Source of the DNA: Octopus sinensis
Taxonomy: Eukaryota
Length of the DNA stretch: 64,000 bases
Reading direction: 5' to 3'
Assembly: GCF_006345805.1 (NCBI RefSeq)
Contig: NC_043013.1
Span: 24,056,001-24,120,000, forward strand
Below, in pieces: positions 1 through 11,715 of the stretch. The notes beneath the pieces were generated by a model, which worked only from the letters and a program-made list of their open reading frames with translations, was not told the DNA's origin and ran no database searches. Both the position numbers and the translations under genes were made by a program. Every line of letters begins with the position of its first letter. Position 1 is the stretch's first letter.

Positions 1-144
1 TTGGACGGTTCGACCGGGGATCTGGGAAGCCAGAAGGCTGCACCAGGCTCCAGTCTTATCTGGCAATGTTTCTACAGCTGGATGCCCTTCCTAACGCCAA
101 CCACTCCGTGAGTGTAGTGGGTGCTTTTTACGTGCCACCCGCAC
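1..144 (-). mobile_element. 3' UTR/tail fragment of the dominant RTE-clade retroposon family (runs off the window start)
   Basis: Same sequence as the recurrent tail block (gtgggtgctttttacgtgccacc / ctggatgcccttcctaacgccaaccactc) that is attached to RT-coding sequence at 24035-25243 and 40175-42480. Confidence 0.8.
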
Positions 145-353
145 ATTATATTTCACTGCCAGTTGAATGTCTGTTGTGTAGTTATCTCAAGAGGCATTAT
201 TATCATCATCATCATCGTGTCCACATTTGCATACTTGCATGAATCAGACAAAACTTGTTAAGTCAGATTTATCGACTGCTGGATGCTCTTCCTGTTGCCA
301 ACCCTCACTTCTTTCTATTTCCTTTAATCCTTCAAACAATGAAGAACTCATTG

Positions 354-740
354 GAGGCATGGCTATGTGATAAGAAGCTTTCTTACCAACCACATGGTCC
401 TGGGTTCAGTCCCCCTACGTGGCACCTTGCACAAGTGTCTTCTACCATAGCCTCATGCCAGCCAAAGCCTTGTGAGTGGATTTGAAAGAAGCCTGTCATA
501 GATGTGTGTGTGTGTGTTTCTGTGTTTGCTCCCCACCACCATCCTCCACTGTTCAACAGCTAGTGTTAGTGTGTTTAAATCTCCATAACTTAGCAGTTCA
601 GCAACAGAGACCGCTAAAATCAGTACCAGGATTTAAGAAATAATATCTTGGAGTCAATTTGTTTGATTAAAACCCTTCAAAGTGGTGCCCCAGCATGGCC
701 ACATTCAAAGATGACTGAAACAAGTAAAAGATAAAAGAAC
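354..740 (+). mobile_element. tRNA-derived CORE-type SINE
   Basis: tRNA-like head (ggcatggctatgtgataag...gggttcagtccc), core ggcaccttgcacaagtgtcttc, internal (GT)n, tail gactgaaacaagtaaaagataaaag. Related copies in reverse at 28510-28725 and 45540-45870. Confidence 0.7.
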
Positions 741-1605
741 TCAATGGCTGCACATATTTCCACATTATTTGTATGACATCGACCTTGCTTACAATTAGTG
801 CAAAGGGAAAGGGACAAACACACACACATGATGAGCTTCTTACAGTTTCCCATTCGCTGGACATTGGTCACCTGCAATTGTAGTGGAAGACATCACTCAA
901 CAATATTCATACTGTAGAAGTGGTCCCACGTGCTTCTCAAGTAAACCTCTTAGTTACCCCAGCCATGTCTGTCCTCGTGCATCTAGAGAAAATGTAACCA
1001 AATACCAGAAAGAAAGAAGAAGAGGTACTGAGCTGTATTATTAGTGATGTTAAATACAATGTTGGTTATGAAATAATGTTATTTGTTTAATGATATATGC
1101 AGTAATTACTAAGAATACTCTTGCTGCTACGGGCAGTTCTATGTAGTATGAACAGTTTTTAAAAAAACCCATAAAAAATGTGTTAAAAGGAGATTACATT
1201 TGTTGTACAATTTCTGTGTATCTGTGTAAATCTCTTGTTAGACAGACTTGCGTCTACAGAAATGTAAATGTTTGTTTTGAAAAAGAATGGAACTGTGCAA
1301 TGGTGAGAAAGAAATGCTAGTCTAGAAGCTGTTGGGATGGGGGTGGGGGACTGAAGATAAAATTCTTAAAACAAAACTGAAACAAAAGATAAATTGAATA
1401 AGCTAGCACTAGAAATGGTGATAATGTAATAAGATGACTTTGGCAATCCATGCCAAGAGGCAGAAGATATAAAAGAGAAAAAGAATGAAAAATTATAATA
1501 ATTTTTATGAAGTAAAGCTAAAGCAATTACATAGAATTTAGCCTTCTTTTAGGATTCTCTAGATGCTGACATGGCCAAATAGTTGAGAAATTCATTTAAT
1601 AATAA

Positions 1606-2118
1606 CTAGCAGTATCGCCCGGCGTTGCTCGGGTTTGTAAGGGAAATAACTATATAAGCATTTTTAGAGAGTTATTTCCCTTGTAGATGCCAATTCGGGC
1701 TTTCTTAGCCATTTCTGTTTTGGTGTCTTCAAGCCATGAAGTCGTTGTTCTAAAAGAACGCTGGTCTCCTTGACAACGCTTTACGACGTTGATTTCCTTA
1801 CACTCCCTTCCCCACAGCTTCACGAGGGAGGGAAGAAGGGGGAGAAGCAAACAGGTGCAGGTGTGACCATGGACGCCAACTCCGCCGCCATCGACACACG
1901 AAAAATTATGCATTAAAATGGAATAAAAAATGATGTTAAATTATTTTTAAAATCGTAGACTCATCGTAGACGCGCGCTAATACTCAGACGGGCTCGATAT
2001 GAATCACGACTATAAGATACCCGAATTTGGTTAAACTGCACCGCAAAATGTGGGAGTAGTTAGGAATCTAAATCGAAGGGGACAGACACTCACACAACTA
2101 CAGTTTTATATATATAGA
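1606..2118 (-). mobile_element. Non-autonomous Helitron, with ~215-bp extra internal segment
   Basis: On the minus strand it starts A|TC (2118), ends CTAG|T (1609-1606), and has a 16-nt GC-rich hairpin (1618-1633, cccggcgttgctcggg) 8 nt from the end. No TSD. Near-identical to 27259-27652 outside the insert. Confidence 0.85.
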
Positions 2119-2640
2119 TGATGAGGTCCCATGTTTAATACTACTACTTGGTATCTTGTACAAAGGTATTTTACCATAGTCTTTAGTCAAGCCAAGCCTT
2201 GTGAGTGAAATTGGTTCAGTGGAAACTATGTTGAAGCCCATCAGGTGGACTGTGTCTGTAATTGAAAGGCCCAGCCTTGTCCCATACTCTATGATGCTGA
2301 TTTTGACTGAAAATTAAGAGTAGACATGTCTCTGGAACACTTAATCTATGACATGTATTATCGGCTCATTTAATCTAACAGCTGAGGCCTCATTTATTGC
2401 CATCAACAGTCCATCATTATCATCATCATTATCTTCATTATAATTCCATTTACAGCTATGATACTTTATAGGAATATAAATCTCCTTTGTTGATACCAGA
2501 TTTTGATTCCATCTGTTGTATAGAAAAATGTTAAGACAAATTATTTGTCACATATAATGCATTTTTAAAAAAAAAGTTTTGAAGCAAATCTAACATTTCA
2601 CTCTTAAATGTTTCTAATTTTTCTTTCTTTATTTCTTCAG

Positions 2641-2838
2641 TACAACGCAAATGTCAAAGTGCTGGACCATGAAGGTCGTAATGCCTTGTGGTATGCTAGG
2701 GGTTCTGGTTCTCCAGAATGTGTCACTCTATTGCTCACAAATGGATGTCCAGAACATCCAACTTTACCACGGCGCCGAGGAAGTGTCCAACCGGGCAAAA
2801 CCGACATGTTCGACAAGTTACCAGCAAGTGTTATTTAG
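2641..2838 (+). CDS. AGAP1: Terminal coding exon of AGAP/centaurin-gamma-like ArfGAP (C-terminal ankyrin repeat and tail); co-orthologue of vertebrate AGAP1/2/3
   Basis: Strong acceptor tttctttatttcttcag|TAC. Translation YNANVKVLDHEGRNALWYARGSGSPECVTLLLTNGCP...DKLPASVI* matches, from memory, the AGAP1 end ([37 protein letters not shown]). Upstream exons were not found in the window. Confidence 0.75.
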   Translation, partial: YNANVKVLDHEGRNALWYARGSGSPECVTLLLTNGCPEHPTLPRRRGSVQPGKTDMFDKLPASVI

Positions 2839-3501
2839 TTTTCTTCTCATCTGGTGGCAGCTGATAATTTGGCATCAGCGGTTTGTAAAGAGAAAATCCT
2901 AAAAGACAGTTCCCCCCACTAGCTCTAGGGGGATCCTGAGTGGGATGAAAAACATGTCTGACTACACTGCAGTTGCTTTTCTAAGAGAGACATTATGTTG
3001 AGCTGATTGATTGGTCACCTGTAGCTAGCCTGATGTTTGAACCTGCTAATGAGGCTACTATATGAAGAGAATGCCAAATCTGTTACAGTATAACTTTGCT
3101 CTTCTTTTTCTACTTTTGGGACTAAATTTCTCTGGTAGCAAAGACGACGGCATGAAGCTTAGCAAAATGGCATGAGAGCTCATATATTTACTTCATTGAG
3201 GCATTCTGTAACTTGCTTAATAGAAAAGATTCTTTTTTTTTTTCCCCCCCTCAAAATGGTTAAACTAAAATTGTACATTTGCCATCAACACATTTTTAAA
3301 TTCATTTCTCATTTTTTTATCATAGACACTCATTGTTTGAATATCACTCGCTTTGGTCAACGGTGATTTGAATTTTTTTTGTTCTTTTTCTTTTTTTTTT
3401 TTTTCTTTCCTTCTTCTCCTAGCCGAATGTGGTTCAGTATAATGTGTTATGATAAATGATGAAGCTTCAGAAGTCGTAGATTTTGAAATACCACAATTTA
3501 C

Positions 3502-3533
<32 letters not shown>

Positions 3534-3897
3534 AATGAAACATAGTCAAGGGCAAGGTTTTTTTCTTACCTGTTAAGCTTGTTTTTAAATTGAAAAAGAA
3601 CAAAAAAAAATCAGCAACAGCAAAGAGATTAACGGCTAAAACTTTTTTTTTAATAACATTAAAAACTGAATAGAAGCAAGTTGTGTTAAAATGGTTTCTT
3701 TTTTCTTTTTTTTTTTTTTCCTCTGAGATCTTTAGTCTGCTGATAGCGTCTCCCCTTCTTAACTCTACGTTCGACTCCACCGTCTCATATATGCCATGGT
3801 GACCAACAGGGATTGGTAACCTTTACTGCCAAATCAGGTCTAAAGTGCAATTCTAAGCTGCCAAAGCAACATTGTTGGCTTGTGGCTGCAGTGCTTA

Positions 3898-3926
3898 ATA
3901 ATAATAATAATAATATAATAATAATA

Positions 3927-3970
<44 letters not shown>

Positions 3971-4298
3971 TTAATAATAGTAATAGGTAATGCAGTCCTG
4001 GCTGCAGTGCACTGATTGACATTAAAAGCTTTGACTTATTTTGATCATTTACAGTTACTGCTGCTGCTGCTGCTGCTACTACTACTACTACTAATAATAA
4101 TAATAATGATAATAATAATAACAATAATAATAATAATTCTTCTACTACTACTACTCCTAATAATAATAATAATAATAATAATAATTCTACTACTACTACT
4201 ACTGCTAGGAATATTATTGCTGCTGCTACTATTACTAAAAACAACTCTTCCTTCTCCTCCTCTTCCTCCTCCTACTATTATTATTATTATTATTATTA
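3898..4298. repeat. Compound trinucleotide microsatellite (AAT/CTG/CTA/CCT/ATT)
   Basis: Directly visible (AAT)n at 3898-3985 and a phase-preserved CTG-CTA-ATA-CCT-ATT array at 4057-4298. Confidence 0.95.
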
Positions 4299-6527
4299 CA
4301 ATGGTTATGTCTGTCAGTCTGCTTGGTGTGTGCAGGTCTACAGTTCAATATAGCTTCCTTGTCCATGAATCTATTCTGAATCTATTTTAACTGCTTTGTC
4401 CATTGGCTGGTTGCCTATTTCTTCCTGAGACATTTTCACTTAACACTGTCACATATGCTGCTGCTGCTGCTGCTGCTGCTACCATTGTTTGTTAAAAATA
4501 AATTTTAAAAAAGCAAAAAAAGAAAGAAAAAAATGAAGCAAAGAAAAGTTGGAATCAAAAAGATGATATTATTTCTTCTTGACCATTGCTACTGGTTCTA
4601 CTCTGCCAACTAGCATTTCACTTATGTTGCCTAACAACACCTAACTCTGGTTCTCAGATCTAAAAAATTGATAACTTATCCATTATTTCTCTCGTTTATT
4701 GTCCTTATGTTAATTGTAAAAAAAAATGTACTTGATTGTCTTTAGTATTCTGATGGGAAATTGTTTGCAGTTTTAGTGTGTAATACTTTCTTTTTAAAGT
4801 AAATTAAAAAAAGAATTCTGTATTTTTTTTTAAATTCTTGTTTTTATATATATATATATATATATTATTATTATTAACACAGTTTAGGAAATATAAACGA
4901 AATTGTACATCTTGTCATTAATATTTGCATAATAATGTGATCCGTTAGTCTCAAGTGGCAAACATCACATCATTCCAATTACTGCTATGTTCTAGTCAGC
5001 TCTCAACATTTCTCTTTATTTCCATTCTTATTTATTTCAAAAATTTCATTCTGTTTCAGGGTTTTCAAATTGTCATAGACTTCAGTCCAAAGTCTATTTC
5101 ATTTTCCAAGATGTTTAATTAGTGGTTTATGATTAAATCATTGAGAAGCTATAGTGTGTTCTGTTTACAATAAATGGGAAATCTTGTTGGGTTGGTGGTG
5201 GTGGTGGGGGGGGGACGAAGATAAATAGAAACAAAAAGAAAAAAATGTTAAAATATTTACGTATTTAAGTTATCTTGCCTCCATTAAATACTTGTTCTCA
5301 AATTTTGATCTCAGTTATTCATTTGGAATGCAACAAATATCATTCCAACAGTATTATGGTGCCCCTCTCTCATCTGCAAGCCATTAGTTCTTATGTTTCT
5401 TTAGCACTGCACTCTGTCCCATCTTCTTAACACATAACAACCTTCCCCTTTTATATTTGTAGCTTGTACTGCAGCCCAAGTCTAGCATTTCTGTGAGAGA
5501 GAGAGAGGAAGAGAGAGAGAGAGAGTGAGCATATCTGTGGGGATGCAAGTCTACTAACATGAATGCATGTATAAATGATGTTCAAATGGACCGTTCCCCT
5601 CTAATTCTTGTTTCAAACCCAAGCTTGCTTCCATACTAAACTAATGATAGCCATTCCAAATGTTATAATAACCATACTGTTCAGTTTTAGGTTTGTTTTG
5701 TCCTTATTGTTAGTTGTTTGAAAAAAAGGAAGAGGCAGCTGTCAGCTTCTCTTCTACGGAAAAAAAACAAAACAAATAATAAAAAAAAACACCTTGTCTC
5801 AGCTGATTTCTTTCTGTACAACAGTAAAGCTGTTCCTGCTCCTTAGTTTCTATTTATCAGTTTTTATATACACTTGCCTTATCCTCATCATACAACAGGT
5901 CTGGTTGCAATTCTATATTCTTTGCCATTTCCTTCACCAATGGGCAGCTTATAGATTTTGCTCCAGAGTTTTATTTATTTATTTATTTATTTATTTTATT
6001 CTCCTAAAGTAAAATTTCTTTCCTATCATAACCGTTATTTTAAAGTTCTGGGAACCAAGTCATCTTTTGCTTCTTTGAGAAACAAGAGTTCAATTCATGT
6101 GAACGGCGGCAGCTTTCTCTGCTGCTGTTTTTTACTTTGTCTTGACTACTCAAAAACCAAACTATATTCAATTGTACCAATAACTCATACAGTTTGTCAT
6201 ATCATTCGCTTTGTATCTTTCTTGACTTTTAATTTATAAACTTTTTTCGAAATATTTACCACCAATTAAAGTTTATTCATTTATGTTTCACAATGTTTTA
6301 CCCACAAAACTGAGTCGTTAATGCTAATTCTCATTTCTCTTCTAATATCTTCAACATTAACTTTTTCTTTGATTGAAAAAGATTAACAAAATGAGATCTA
6401 TTTAACTAAAATTGATAAAATTATTTCACTGAGTAGATGCCAGAAAAGTGTATTTATATCCTAAAATCTTTGTTGCGATATTTCTCCAACCTTAGCATCT
6501 CTCTCTGTATGTTTGTCTGTATGTGTA

Positions 6528-6530
<3 letters not shown>

Positions 6531-6606
<76 letters not shown>
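6531..6606. repeat. (AT)n(AC)n compound dinucleotide microsatellite
   Basis: Directly visible. Similar arrays at 11684-11800, 17029-17075 (CT)n and 46100-46180. Confidence 0.95.
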
Positions 6607-6608
<2 letters not shown>

Positions 6609-9600
6609 ACAAAACCTGTTGCAGCATTACTTAAGCAAAGTTGACATAAGTTTGTGTCTGAAAATTTTTTTACTTAATTTGTAGTTAAATCTTTGTTTTT
6701 TTTTTTCTTACATCAACATCCTTGTCATAACAATTCTGTTTTATCTTAGCAATTAATATTCATGTCAGGAATAATAGTAGAAAGTTATATCTTCATTGAT
6801 ATTTTTATTTCTGGAAAATGAATCGATTACTAATGTAGTTATGTTTTTGGCAAAAAAATGATAACTGAAGATTAATTGCTATGATTTATGTTTAAAGTGA
6901 GATACTGAATTTTGTTGATAAAGTGACTGTTTACTGGGAAAGTTTTATTGCTAACCATACTTTTAAATTTTTTCCTGAAGGAGATTATTTCTCTGTATTT
7001 GATCAATTGATGAAGTAAAAAGATTTAATGTTAGGAATCAGATAGATTTTGCCTTTCGTCCTTTCTCTCATTGCTACCATAATTAATGGATAAAGTAACG
7101 TGGTCTTATGGAATTGACTAAAACCCATGAAGGTGCGGTACCAACATGACCACAGTCCAAAGACTAAAAAATAAAGAAAGAATAGTGATGCCTCTTCTAA
7201 TTCATTCCTTTCTGCTCACAAGTTGTTTCAGGTATTTAATTTTTTTTTTTCTGCAAAAAGAAAGAAAGATATTATAATTGAATGTGATCCCAGTTATTTG
7301 TTCAGCTTTAGAATTCTAGCGCATTCTCATACAAATTACAATTATTTCTCTCTCTCTCTGCTGATTTCTTTATCTCACTTGTCCCCACTTATCTATGTGC
7401 CCCATCCCATTGTTTGGTTATGAATGTCAATAAAAACATCAAGTTATATATTTATTTCAGCATCCACTGAATAAAGGGAAATCATTGGAAAACCACACCA
7501 TTAGTTTCTATTCAATTATGTTCTCTAGATTTCTTGTTGTTAAAAACTGTTTTTAGTCCAAGCATTGTTACCTTCTTTTTCTTGTTTTCACAATATATAT
7601 GTGTGTGTGTGTGTGTGTGAGTTTATGTATGTTTATATAATGTGTGCGTGTTTATGTATGTTTATATAATGTTTATATTTATGTGTGCGTGCGTGCATGA
7701 CTTTTGTCTGTCTTTTGTATTTGTGTGTGTGTGTTTAAGCACTGTATATTGTTGCATTGATAAACTGTAAACTTGATTTATTAGCACCAACTAATAATGT
7801 TGTGCTCTCTCTCTCTTTCTCTCTCCCTCCTCCTCCCCCCTCATATAAGATACATTCTCTGGTGGACATTTTCTCGCCACAATGGCATTTTTAAAACCTC
7901 TAGTAATGTGGATCCTATGAGACTTATACACTATTTCACTTTCTTAACCTGATGCTGTTGCAAATCCATTCTTTCTGTTTTCTATGGTTTCATCTCCATT
8001 TATTCTATAAATTATAGAGAATTAAATGAAATAAAAACAAGCAGAGTCTAAGAAACTCTGTTTTTATCTATTTTTTTCTCCCCCCGTGGTGGTGGTGGTG
8101 GTCTGCATTGGCCAGAACTCTACAGTGAAATTTATGAGTATGGATATATTTGTATATGTAAGGGGAAGAGGAATTTAACGTTTTGGAACTGATCCTTTGC
8201 CTGATCTTCATTGTAGCAGCAAGATACACTCTCAAAATTCTTTGATATTAATGCAAACAGAAATCCAGTTGATGTTTGGTAGTTTTGGCAGCTATCACCA
8301 ATGTCTTTGACAGTTATTCACAATCTCAGAGAAATAAATATCTTCAAATGAAGACTTAGTCTCAAAACATAAAATTCCAAATATATCCCAACTCACAAAC
8401 TGCTCTATTCTAATAATTGGTTTGTTAGATATTGTATATTTTGTGGTGTAGAATTGTTTTCTGATTAGTCTTCTGTGTTCTTCATCAAATAAGTCTATTC
8501 ATGGGTGCGAGTTCTTCACTTCAATAACTGCACTTAGATATTAAAACACTACATTAGCAACAGACACTTTTCAAAATTATTTGATATTATTGTCAGTACA
8601 AAGGAAAGCCAGATGTTTGAATATTTTGTCAGTTATCTCAAATAATACTTACTAATTATTATAGTCTGCATACAGCTGCTATAGACCTGTCAGAAATACT
8701 ATCATTATACAACTTGGTAAATTATTCCTTCTGTCATTTTGATATTCATTTTACATGATTAGCTAATTCTTTGCAAGCTGTTGTTGTTTACCATTACCTC
8801 TCCTTTTCGCAGACAATTCCACTTTTAGTTGATTACTATTGGTAGATAATGATTGAATATTTAAAAATGGTTGTTGCTGATTAACTCCAGGTCAACCCCT
8901 AACATCCTGCAGAGACCTGTGATCAAAGGCATTCCAGCTGGGACCACTTCATCTTTTTAGGAGTTTGGATGACTACACTTGCTAATGTGTCTTTTTGTTA
9001 TTGAAGACAGAAGAGCATGATCTGAGGGAGATTTTGATTGCTCTTTCTTGCAGGCAACTTTATAGAGGTTCTCTCTTCAACTCTCATTCTAAATAATTGT
9101 TAGGTGTATACATATATGTGCCATGAAAAATATGGAAGTTGAAGCAACAACTGTTGGTAATTATCCAAAGTAACTCTGTGCTCTGAAGAGGTTAAAATAT
9201 GTTTTCAGACCATTTAATGTTTACAAATATTTCACTGTGACACTTGACAGTTTATAGAAAGATCAAGTTTTTGTTTTGACACATTTGCTGTGGAAGAATT
9301 CAATGAAACTGAATAAAGTCTTGTACATCTTCATTGTAGTCAGTGTTTACAACCATCTCCTTTTATCATTGGTTTTAGTTTGACTTCAGTCTTGCACCTA
9401 ACGACATATGCTGCTAATTCATTGTAATTATTAATTTCAATTATCAACAAACTTTTAGTTTCAGTGACACTTTTGTTTAATTCCATTGCCATAATTTCTG
9501 AGGAATTGGATTAAATGGTGCTTGACCAACTTTGAAATACATGTCTTCCTTCTTTTCACTGTTTATTTCTTTAACTTGAAGCTAATGTGACATTCCCTAC

Positions 9601-11115
9601 AGTTCTGTTGTCACCATTTGAACTCTTCTATGTAATAAAAATGTTACCAATACACCATCAAATTGCTTCCTTAACTGTTTCTTAGACACTTTGGTAATTC
9701 TCTAATAGAAGTTTGCTTGGAATTTGATTATTTCTTGTCTGTTTAAAATACCTTTATAAACATATTTTTAGGATGCCTTGTCTTGAGGGATCTTACCACT
9801 GTTCTTATAACACATAAATTTATGCCGACCATTTCGAACAGAAATTTGAATTTAGGAGAATAATTAAAATCAATAATGAGTTATTGAATTATTTAAAAAG
9901 ATTAAATATAACTTTTCAAGTATTTCTTAGTTTGACATTTTAGCAAGGTGATAACTAATTAAAAAGCGTTTTAGAAAGAGACTATTTGAAATGCTATTTT
10001 TGTTTTTAATTATTAGGGAACAAATTCATTATTAAATTATGCTTTGAAAGATCTTCTACAAAACTGTTTTTCATAATAATCTAATAATTCATTTTACTTC
10101 TGAATGAAATTTCACATTATTTGTATTTAAAATTAGAAAAAATTTATATCGAAAGTTTTTGTTGAGATTTCTTTGGATTAAAAGAAAAATTTAATTTTAC
10201 TTTTTTATTTCTTTAGCTTCTTAGTCAACCTGTTTCTCTCTTAAATTCACTTTTTACTATTTATTCATTTAATTTTATTTAAATGGACTAAAATCACTTC
10301 CAGATACCAACAACTAAATTATTTTATCATGTTAAATAAAACCAAAAAGATTGTTGTTTTGGGTTTGATTGTTGTTAGGATTTTAGAAAAGAGAATCTAC
10401 CAAATCATCTTTCTGTTTTTATTTATTAATCAACAAAGTCATTAATAAATTGTGCTTTGAAAGATCTTCATTGAAACTGTTTCTTTTAATATTATCACTT
10501 TGTTTAAACACGTCTAGTTCTTGCTGTTTCAATAACTAATTATGTATTGTGCTGCTAATTGTTTTCTTTTCCCCCAAATACTAACGATGTTCTATATTTA
10601 ACTCAATTTTACTCAGGTTTTTAATTTTGTTTTCTTAAATTTCCTACTCTTTTTTTAGTCCCAAACAACATTTTGTCCCTGAATTTAGCTTAAAATCAAA
10701 GTTTACATTTACTTCATCATAATTGAGGCCAAAAGCAAACCAACTGGAGTCTGACTAAAACTAGTCACTTGTTAAGCTAATCTAGTGGCAACTTTGAATT
10801 TTCACATTCCATTTTATTTATTATGTTTGGTTTTTTTTTTTTTAAATATATATCAAGGTTAATGACTTAGCAGTGTTCAGCACCATGTTTTCCAACTCAT
10901 CATCTTTCTAAATAAAAAAATCAAAATTCACACTTTTTCTCTACTCGTTTAGTACTCTGTGTCTAATCCATCAAAAATATCATCATTATTTACTTATCAG
11001 TTACATTAAAAGAAAAAAAAAAATCTTTCAAACGTACATTCAAAGATTTCCATTACTATTATTTCTAATTAATGATTTTTTTTCCTTTTTTACCAATTAA
11101 AAAGAATTTCTTTAA

Positions 11116-11323
11116 CCCTTTAGCATTCAGATCACTTCTCTGTCATCGGTAATCCTCATTTATTCACATTGTTTTGAATTAATCATGCATTATCTCATAG
11201 TTTCAAGCTTTCAGTTATGTTTTTGTTTTATTCTTATAATGACATTGTAGGCTTGGTGTGAGAGTCAGATCTAGTTAATTTCAACACAAAACAGGGAGAA
11301 TATTTTCGCCAGATGCTGAAGGG
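11116..11323. mobile_element. piggyBac-type MITE (208 bp)
   Basis: TTAA on both sides (11112-11115, 11324-11327) with imperfect TIRs CCCTTTAGCAT / ATGCTGAAGGG. Confidence 0.75.
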
Positions 11324-11679
11324 TTAAAGGAGTCTTATCTAGAAGAATCACTTAATAAATAGCAGTTGAAAATTGTTCTATGAAAATATATCTCGGAAAT
11401 AGATTTTTTTTTTCTTCATGCCAAACTACATTTTGTTTTTGAGCACAGCAACTGATTTTTAGATTTTATGTTTAATTCTGTCCACTTTTGAAACTATTCT
11501 GTGTATTTTTTTTCCCCCCCCCCCCAATCAAATGATACAAAAGAAACTCTAAAACATTGCATTCAGTCGCTTTTTATTTTACTGCCAAAAATACAAAGAT
11601 AAAATGAAGGGAACACATTAGATCATCTATTAATCTTTGCTTATTAAATAACCATTTAGTCAGTTGATTTGCACTGATG

Positions 11680-11715
<36 letters not shown>

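Noticed and set aside
3502-3529. A28 run as an mRNA poly(A) or retrocopy tail
   Set aside because: No upstream retrocopy or TSD. It is a genomic homopolymer, and an internal-priming hazard when mapping the AGAP 3' end.
3840-4390. ORFs 3840-4244 (-) and 4016-4390 (+) encoding poly-Leu/Ile 'membrane' peptides
   Set aside because: By-products of triplet repeats without stop codons; no ATG-supported or spliced gene context.
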